Shown: positions 50,901-64,000 of the stretch, in pieces
Numbering within the stretch: the first letter of the stretch is position 1
How the letters are laid out: the number at the start of each line of letters is the position of its first letter
Source: Hydrolagus colliei
Taxonomy: Eukaryota
Assembly: GCA_035084275.1 (NCBI GenBank)
Contig: CM068755.1
Span: 8,928,001 to 8,992,000, forward strand
DNA: 64,000 nucleotides
Direction of reading: 5' to 3'
Program-made: the position numbers and the translations under genes
Notes under the pieces: model-generated
What the model was told of the DNA's origin: nothing
The model's database searches: none
The model's input: the letters and a program-made list of their open reading frames with translations, nothing else

Positions 50901-51617
50901 TTTCACTCGGTCATTTGAATAATAATTATGTAAATTACAGAACTAATCGTTTTCAATGTTGACTGCTGAACAAAAATATGCTTTGGTTATGCCAGTTCAT
51001 TCAACCACAATATAGGATTATTCACCAGAGTTATTCTGAATTCTACATTATAAAGTTATCGCCAACTTTTTCCCCCTCAGTTCAAAACATGGAATGCAAC
51101 AATGTCAATCACAGCTTGAAAATCTCATTGCAATCTGAGTTCTCTTCCTCAACAAACAATAATTAACCCTGTTTAGAACAGACAATGTCTGTTATACAAC
51201 CTTTGGGATCATGTAGATCACCAGCTGTTTGTATCTTATCTGACAAAGGGAAGCAGCTTGTATAATTCACAGGCATTGATCCAATTAAAAGCATTCCCTC
51301 TCTTCCCTCTGTGTGTATCCTGATGACCTTTTCATTTTTAGCAAAGATTTTGTGGAAAGTTGTTGAGCTCAAAAATAAAGACTATTGTCAGGAGAGCAGG
51401 AGAGTTGGATTAGAGAAGGTGACAGTAACGCTATGGACTTGATGAGCCAAATAACCCATTTCTGTGTTTTGATTCCAAGATTCTAAAGGACTCATTTGCT
51501 GCTTGACAAACATTGATGACTGAATTTTTTTGTAAACACCAATGAATCCGCATTTCCTATGATTAGAACTTTGACATGCCAGACACCAACACCATTATGT
51601 TAGTGTTTTATTAAATA

Positions 51618-52287
51618 CAGGTATCCCTCCCCAACCGTGGGGGATACGTTCCTCTAAACCTTCGCGGTTGGTAAAATCGTAGTTGGAAAATGCAGGGCCC
51701 TATGGGAAACATGGGGATAGGGGGAGTAAGCTCGCGTTTTGTAGAACTAAACACAAAAAAACACATACAGTTATAACATACAGGGGAATAGGGGGAGTAA
51801 GTTTGGGCGTATCTGCAGCAATCCGCGAGGCTGTCTGACTGACTGACTGATCCACAGAGAGACAAGGAGGGCTGGGGGGGCCGTCTGACTGATCTACACA
51901 CAGACACAGAGAGAGGGGGAGCGGGGGGGAAGAGAAGGTGAAATAGAGAGAAGGTGAGAGAGAAGGGGGAGTGGGGGGAAGAGAAGGTGAAATAGAGAGG
52001 TGAATCGGAGAGAGAGATCTCTATATGATACACTTACAGAGAGAGGATGCAGAGAAGCGACAATAAATTCATGTTATTGTATTTACCTTAATCCTATAAG
52101 AGAAGCGTTGTTGCTGGTTGACTGCGACATCGCAACTGGGTCCTAGCTCTAAACGCTAGAGTTGGTGTTAAAACCCATGGATAAGCAAGGGTTATAAGCC
52201 GTGGTTTGCAAAGGTTGTCGCATTTAACAAACCGTGGATGCGTGGGTTTCGTGGTTGACGAGGCCACGGTTGGGGGCGGGGTACCTG
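51618..52287. mobile_element. Tc1/mariner-superfamily (Tigger/pogo-like) MITE
   Basis: TIRs CAGGTATCCCTCCCCAACCGTGG / CAGGTACCCCGCCCCCAACCGTGG flanked by TA on both sides (51616-51617, 52288-52289); no transposase ORF; purine-rich interior. Confidence 0.85.
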
Positions 52288-54265
52288 TATATCATTAAAA
52301 TGTTTCTTCTCATATCTTTCTTGGTGTTGTTTAATTATTAATGTATTCTACATTGTACCTGCAGAAGAAAGTGTCCATTTAGCACTTCTGAAGTCTGTTT
52401 TCATTGAACACACTGTAAAGGATATTTTGTTGCTTCCTGAATTCAAAGCATGCTGGAGCAACTCACACATGACCCAGTTTTCTCAAACTGAAAGTAGCTT
52501 TTGAGGTACTTAACCTAATGCACTTCCTAGAGGGATTTGAATAGAAAAATGCAGCCATGCCAACCTCACTCTGGAAACAATCTGTGGAGACATGAGTTGC
52601 TAAAAATGGATATCTGATTATTCAAACATAAAATCTTAAGTAAAGCTTCAAATTCAGCTGACAATTGGGATTGTTTAAATACTGTACAGTATATCTGTGA
52701 GAGCACTAGTCTACTGTATGGAAATCATGTAGAAAACAATATCTTTGCGAAGCAAAACTTAATGGGTCATTGAGAAGAGATGATGGAGGTGAACACAATG
52801 AGAAAGCCAGCAGATTGGCAGCTTTGTTTATTTCCCCCCCCTATGTATACTGACTGATAGGCTTTTATATATATGGGTTTTGTTAATTTTGTCGTTCAAG
52901 GCGGGGTCGATAGAAAAGTGCAGAATTTGCAGAAAATTGTGGAGCAATTTGAACATTTTATGTGCAATTGTGGAAGGGGTGGTGGTGGAGATGGGGGTAG
53001 TGTGATTGGTGCTATTGAGGTACATTTCACTGCCAAACTACATCTTTTCACTTCATTGATAAAAACTAAACATGAGGAAATAACACATATTACATTGTTG
53101 TAAAGCATTTTTATTCATTTTTTTTCACAAAAACTGGGTGGTCCATTTTGGGTCACGAATGGTGGCTGGAGGGGGGGTGGAGGGGGAGGAAGGAACACCA
53201 GCGTAGGCCCGAAGGGCCTGGAGATCTTTCAAAAAATAGACACTCAGGCCAGTGTCCTGACTGCGGGGCAACAGGAGCTCACCACCTCCTGCCTCTCAGG
53301 GCCCAGCACAACACACACAGACCCAGAGAGAGACATATATTCTCAGAGAGAGAGAGAGAAATAGAGAAAGATGCACACACTCAAGATACAAAGAGACATA
53401 TACACATACACACACCGTGGAATTTCCACTCTCACCGGGAGGAGTTTGCAGAGAGCGCACACACAGAGATTTTCATCACATTTGTGGAACTCTCAGTTGC
53501 TTGTCAAAAATACAAATCGTCCTTGTAATCTTTGTTTTTCATTCTCAGACATGTCACTCATTTGGAATAATCCATAACAGTTTGTGGGACGCCGTTGTGT
53601 GCAATTTACCCACAAAATACACAGTCAATAACTTATTGATGTTAAAGCTGGTGACTAGCAGAAAGAGGGTTTGCTGTAGCTGCACAAAATCACGCTGGGG
53701 GATAGCCTGTTTCAGCTCTTTGGTGACACCCAGTGGTGAAAGGATAGTTAAAAGAAAGATATTGTTCTCAAACTATGCATGAATTAATCTCTGGAGCTGA
53801 TATAGCCTCTGTAACATCAAGACAACTCAAAGCGCCTCATAGAGTTGTTGCTATTATAGGAAGTAATTGTGTATTTCTAGGTAAAATGTTGCATGGGGCT
53901 ATTTTTCTCATGTATCATTCTTGAAATAGAATGAGCCATTATTAATAACCTTGCTTTTCTTGTACTGGCTTATCACAACATTGAGGCATCTCGCAGTGTT
54001 TCACAGAATATATTGTAAAGTGGATTGACTGTGCCAAACCATGCTCTGTATCTTGAGATATTATTTTCCGGCAGAAATCTATCTAATTTGTTCTCAAAAC
54101 AAATGATATTGTATTGTAAGCCGGGTCTAACTTTGATACTCCAGAGAATGATCGCACAATTTGCCAAGTTCCACACTCCCTTCAGGACAAAGAGACTAGA
54201 GTTAATGTGAAGTACACAGAGAACCACAAAATTACACTTGTACAGCGCCTTTCACGTCAGGAGGA

Positions 54266-54341
54266 CGCTGAGTTAATGCAGCGCTGAGTTAATGCGCTGA
54301 GTTAATGCAGCGCTGAGTTAATGCGCTGAGTTAATGCAGCG
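54266..54341. repeat. Tandem repeat of alternating 16/13-bp units CGCTGAGTTAATG(CAG)
   Basis: Five perfect units in the order 16-13-16-13-16. Confidence 0.9.
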
Positions 54342-54598
54342 AAACCTTGGGCAAGTTTTCCTTACTCCGTTCGCCCAATAATAATCAAACAAAAACAAAT
54401 AATAAATTGGTCATTTTCAATCCACGACTGTTTGTGGGACGCTGCTGTGTGCAATCGGCTGCTGCGTTTCGCCCACAAAATATACAATCAGAATTCACTT
54501 TACAGTACATTCTGTGAAAGTGTTTTGAGACGTCTAGAAGACGTGAAAAGCTCTATATGAAATGCAAGGATTATTATTATTATTATTGGTATTATTAT
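54341..54598 (+). mobile_element. 5'-truncated SINE just upstream of the WDR61 promoter
   Basis: Begins GAAACCTTGGGCAAGTTTTCCTTACTCC; full core and (TTA)n tail. Confidence 0.8.
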
Positions 54599-54699
54599 AT
54601 GTGGACTCGGGCTGACTTGCGCCCCTCTCCTGCCCTGGTGAATGAAGCCTCAGAGACTTGGCTGCTTCAGCCACAGCAGTAATAATGTAGCCTTACAGG

Positions 54700-55200
54700 G
54701 GGGGGGGAAGGGAGTACTCGCGCATGCGTAACTTCTCGCCACCTCACCACGCATGCTCGGTATCCCGGCATGCTGTGGGCGAGCTGTCATGGCGGCCTAG
54801 CGATCGCTCTGGGACATGCGCTGTTGTCAGGGAGAACACAAACCCGAACAACGGTCGGGTCTCGGCAGGTCAGCTTCTTCATTGTTTGTCCCTGATTAAC
54901 CTTCCCGCCGCTTCCGTCGCCGATCGATCGCAATCGACCTTCTGCCGCCGCCAGTCGTGTCTCTGGCTCTGTTGCCTCTGGAGCTATCCGCTGCCTCACC
55001 GAGCGAGCGCTTACTGTTCTCCATGTGTGTGTTGGTGCCCTCGGGGAGGGCGGGGGGGGGGGGAGGGGGGCGTGCTCCCGGCCACTAACGCCAGGAAACT
55101 CTGGAACTCTCTCTCTCCCTCGATCCCGGTGCCTCGCCCGCTTCTTTCCCGTCTTCAGATCGCGACCGAAGAACCTCCCTCTTGGACACCTCGCCCCCAA
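54700..55200 (+). promoter_or_regulatory. CpG-island promoter and probable non-coding first exon of WDR61
   Basis: CpG-rich; NRF1-like CGCGCATGCGTA 54719-54730; YY1-like CATGGCGGC near 54788; candidate donor GCAG/GTCAGC near 54869; about 1.2 kb upstream of the ATG exon. Confidence 0.6.
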
Positions 55201-55840
55201 CTCAGCGTCATGCTCTGTGACTGCCAACAGCGACAACAACTTGCATCTATTTGTCGAGGGTTGCTCGCCTACAAATACACAGTCAATTCACTTTACAGTA
55301 TATTCTGTGAAGGGCTTTGGGACATCGATAAGATGTGAAAAGCGCTGTATCAAATGCAAGGATTATTATTATTAAAGGCTTTTGGGACGCTGCCCTACTC
55401 CAGGTGCTCTATATAAATGCAAGTTGTGGTTTTATTTTGCTAAGCCTATGAGCCTTTTCTACACACATAGCTTGCCTACATTCATTGGCAAAAAGGCTTG
55501 TTAGTGTTGACTTTTATTTGGTGAATAAAGATTGCCTTTATTATCAAACATTTAGATTAGGAGATCCTTGGGTTTATCCTATCTGGTTGTGTAGCCAATC
55601 ATAATGATAGTCAAGCTAGTTTGGCTTATTTTAATCAAATAGATCTGTTGTAGTGTTGGATGGATTGCAACCTGCAAAGTAAATTTACTCAAATTTCCAC
55701 TTAAAAAAATTGGGAATATGCTAACTCATATTATTGGAGTACTCACCAAGTTGAGGTTACTTATAGCCTTGAAGACTTGCCTATTTGGCTTGCTCCGCAA
55801 TAACATGGATTCCCCAGTCAAATTCAGGTTAGTACACACT

Positions 55841-55940
55841 CTGACGAAGGGTCATTGGACCCGAAACGTTGACTCAACTTTCCTTTCTCCATGGATGCTG
55901 CCTGACCTGCTGAGTTTTCCCAGCGACTTCTGTTTTTGTA
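55841..55940 (+). mobile_element. 100-bp Penelope-like terminal-repeat fragment starting with a hammerhead ribozyme core
   Basis: CTGACGA-A-GGGTC-ATTG-GACCC-GAAA-CGTT; flanked by 12-bp direct repeat TTAGTACACACT (55829-55840, 55941-55952). The Penelope assignment is recalled family knowledge, not a search result. Confidence 0.7.
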
Positions 55941-56057
55941 TTAGTACACACTGTGTCCTTTTTCTGCCAGAAGGTAAATGTTTGCTTACAAAAAATGTTT
56001 TTCAGGAAATAATTCATTCATCTGTATCTTGGATAGAAAGTTAATCAAACTGGAAAA

Positions 56058-60647
<4,590 letters not shown>

Positions 60648-60981
60648 ATTTTCCATCGATTGCTTAGATTATAAAATTGCAGCAAGGGTCCATAAGATGT
60701 ATGAAGTTCTCATTAATATTATACTGGTTAGTGCCTCCGTCTGGTGTAAAAAGACTTAATTTTTTTAGATGAATGTGCCAGTTATAGCAACTAATCTGTA
60801 GAGAAACCAAAGCAACTATTACAATTTATTTAAAATGATGATTTTTTCAAATATTCCTCATTTCCTTTTGGTGTGATATATAAGCAAGTATAGTACAGTA
60901 TATGCCTTTTAGAAGACTGTTGAAAAGATCATATGTCCTCCATGAAACATTGCTTTGGTTCTACTTTCGATCTGTTTAACA

Positions 60982-60987
60982 AATAAA
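60982..60987 (+). terminator. Candidate polyadenylation signal of WDR61
   Basis: AATAAA about 335 nt after the stop codon, followed by T-rich sequence. Confidence 0.5.
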
Positions 60988-61354
60988 TATGATTTTATAA
61001 ATATTGGCTTGATTTAATGCTACTTTAAAAAATGCTGTCAATTTTGAGCCTCAATGATGCATAGTATCCCCGATTATCTGATTCAAGTTTGGTTGCTGTA
61101 GATTGTAGATAGAAGGGAAGTCAGAGTAAGTCCATAAATACTGCTTTAAGAAAGTTAATTTGTAGGAGTCAAATAAGATTAGGATTCTGCATGAAGATCT
61201 AAGGATATGATTTACTCTTTTGTAGAATATGAGATAGAACTGGACAATTTAAGAAAAAATAAGTTAGCTTAAACATAAGACTTAATTTTTTTGTTGTAAA
61301 AGATAGGTGAAATACGTACTGTATCACGGGTCAGTCATCCTTATACACATCAGT

Positions 61355-61360
61355 TTTATT
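61355..61360 (-). terminator. Candidate polyadenylation signal of DNAJA4
   Basis: TTTATT on plus (AATAAA on minus) about 390 nt past the DNAJA4 stop codon. Confidence 0.5.
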
Positions 61361-61749
61361 AACAGATCAGTGTTAAGGGTGAGAGATGGCAAATTATGAC
61401 TTTTTGAAATCTCACAGGCAATATAATCACAAAGACTGTTTAATGTAGTCAAGTAGTATGGCCTACATTCTTCAATTCCGAATTGAGAGTTCATTACAGT
61501 ATGCACAGAAGTAACAGTAAGCAATACTTCTACAAACAGGCATCCAGAACAAAGTACAGAAATACAGTATTAAATCCTGAACAAAATCGTCACTGCATAT
61601 TCTTCCCTACTCATAACAATATTTGCCTACTAAACCTGTTTAAGCATAAAAGGAATATAGTGCAGAATGGCCTATCTTGAAAACCAAACCAATGCATTTA
61701 ATATTAAAATATGCATTGTGGTCCATTTTTGTGACATTAAGCAATTGTT

Positions 61750-63651
61750 TTAGGATGTCTGGCACTGAACTCCTCCTCTGGGCCTTTCATCTTCCTCATA
61801 TGCCTCTTGGGTATAACGTTTAGATTGTTCCGTTGGGATAAATTCTGATAATTCAACCTGTTCCATGTCATCAGTTATCATTACATCTTCACGTGGCGGA
61901 AGCTGGGCCTCCAATTCAGCCAATTTTTCTGGTGGAGTCCAGCCATCCAATGGAAATTTCACCTATAAATGAAGTAAAATAAGACCACCGTACAAATACC
62001 AAATTAGTTGTTTCACTAATTATACTAACTATTAACTTACCGAGAACTGAATTACCAGGCGTCCTTTTTCAAATGGATCTCGATAAATTGGCATACCTTC
62101 ATTAAAAATACATTTTAAACCACCAGGTTTTATAACTTCACCTGAAAAACAGATTAAATAGTACAAAAAAATTGTATGAATTTTACAATGCAGGTCCTTT
62201 CAGTGAAATTAGCATTTTATTCTTACTGGATTCCTTCACAAGAACTAAACATCTTTATAAAATCTTGTAACCTTAGATTACAGTGTGAATTACTTAACTG
62301 TGGCTATATCGAAACACCTAAATTCAAGTAAAAGGCTCTTTATAGTACAGCATCAATAGAGTTGTTCATATTGCCAGGCCTTTGGTGGAAAAAAACATGA
62401 TTTGGAAATTTCAGTGATTTAATCATGGCTTTAGGACTTCTAACAGTACAGGCACAACTAGAATATTCTCCAATATTAACCTGGACATGAAGTAATCAGA
62501 AGTATTCTTTTGTCAAGTGTTTCTAGCGTTCTCTTGAAACCACATAAAGCTTCCACCAGCAGGATCTCCATTTTCATGATTAAATCATTCTCGTGCCTTT
62601 GGAATACTTCATGCTCTTTTTGATCAAGAATAATTATGACATCACCAGCTTCCAATCCCGGCTCCTGATCACCTTCCCCATGGAATGTTATCTTTTGCCC
62701 ATCTTTAGCACCTATAGAAATAAAAATAATTCAGGTGAATAGATTTAAAAGAGTAACTAATTAATCACTAACCTTAAGTTGTTGTCATAATGTGGCTCAA
62801 TAGCAAACAACTTCTATTTATATAACAACTTTTAAGTAAGGAAATATCTCAAAGCACTACAAAGAGACTGAGTCGGAGTCATTGTAGGATGGTAGAAAAG
62901 TGATCAAAGAAGTAGGTTTTTAGAACGCTTTTGAAAGTGGGTGTGAGGTAAAGGAATTTTAAGAGTTACAAAGTGGAGGAAAGTAGCTTAAAGCCAATAT
63001 TTACCTTTATCTATATAAACTTCCAGTATCTTTCTTTCTTTCACAATTTTGCATCCATTACAGTTTTTGCATCGATCTTTAGAGTTAATTTGTTCACCCT
63101 GCCCATGGCATTGTGAACACATTGTCTGTATCTGCTGCACCATTCCAGGTCCAATCTGTTGGATGTGGATTTCAATTCCCCTGCCTTTGCAGTTTGAACA
63201 TTTTTCCACAGCTCCTTTTTTGCCCCCACGGCCTGTTAATCAAAAGAAAACATTAAAGAAAAATTGTCCATTCTCCCTTGCATTACACGTAATTCAGCAG
63301 TTCAAATATTTATCAAGGAATAGTTAGAGCATATCTATTTTTCATCCCAAATATTTCATGTTTTATTATTTCAGGGTTACACCCTTTGCTTTGCCAAATG
63401 CATATATCGATGGTTCATTCATTACATTGAATAACAGCAGCCTAATCTTAACTAATTTCCTCCAAAACAGTTTCAAAACCTATGACCAGAAAAATATATA
63501 TATTTTTAGATTGCTTGAATTATTTAAATAAGATCTGTATAGCTACCTTCACATTTGTCACAAATTACGTTTTTCTTCAATGCCAATTTCCGTGTGGCTC
63601 CATTGTATACATCCTCAAGCGACACAGTCAACTGGTGGACAACATCCTTCC
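61750..63651 (-). CDS. DNAJA4: DnaJ homolog subfamily A member 4, 3' part (last 5 exons; J-domain exons lie beyond the window)
   Basis: Exons 63547-63651, 63005-63232, 62481-62711, 62041-62141, 61750-61962 (TAA). Zinc-finger repeats [32 protein letters not shown]; GEGDQEPG; CaaX terminus CQTS. Called A4 rather than A1 from synteny with WDR61/CRABP1. Confidence 0.9.
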
Positions 63652-64000
63652 CTATTGATCCACAAGAATACAACATTCTATAAACGGAAGTACTGTATTA
63701 TTATTTAAAGATACTTAATTTAAACAATTATTTCACTGCTGAGAAGGAAACTTACAGACCTTTCATTAGGCAAATAAATTACAAAAAAATCACTCATTTC
63801 AAAAATGGTACCCAAAATAGTACTAGTTTATTTCAATGCTGGAAGCCAGACCTTGAACAGTAAATATTAAAATCTCTGCTGCACCGTATCTCATTAGTAA
63901 TTGATTTTATTGATTCACTATTGAAGGATACTTTGGGAAAAATACTTCCTTACCCTTTCCAATCTTGATACATTTTTCTCTGCAGTGTCATCATTTTGGA

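Noticed and set aside
54266-54341. Regularly spaced repeats resembling a CRISPR array
   Set aside because: No unique spacers, eukaryotic context and no cas genes.

Overview
Vertebrate nuclear genomic DNA, not prokaryotic; the repeat content suggests a cartilaginous fish, possibly a chimaera (inference). I reconstructed five intron-containing genes by hand from splice signals and reading-frame continuity: complete IREB2/IRP2 (minus, 22 coding exons, 967 aa), a complete SLC25A44-family mitochondrial carrier (plus, 310 aa) head-to-head with IREB2, complete CRABP1 (minus, 137 aa), complete WDR61/SKIC8 (plus, 305 aa) and the last five exons of DNAJA4 (minus). Order and orientation match the human DNAJA4-WDR61-CRABP1-IREB2 block except for the extra SLC25A44-like gene, which is probably an ohnologue lost in mammals. 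Non-coding DNA holds many tRNA-headed Deu-core SINEs, L2 and CR1 LINE 3' ends, two non-autonomous hAT elements with BED-finger fragments and 8-bp TSDs, a Tigger/pogo-type MITE, and a 100-bp insert starting with a hammerhead-ribozyme core between 12-bp direct repeats. Two GC-AG introns and several perfect hairpins are also present. Most ORFs in the supplied track are spurious. I found no wholly new multi-gene system; the best leads are the IREB2/SLC25A44-like divergent pair and the hammerhead-core insert.
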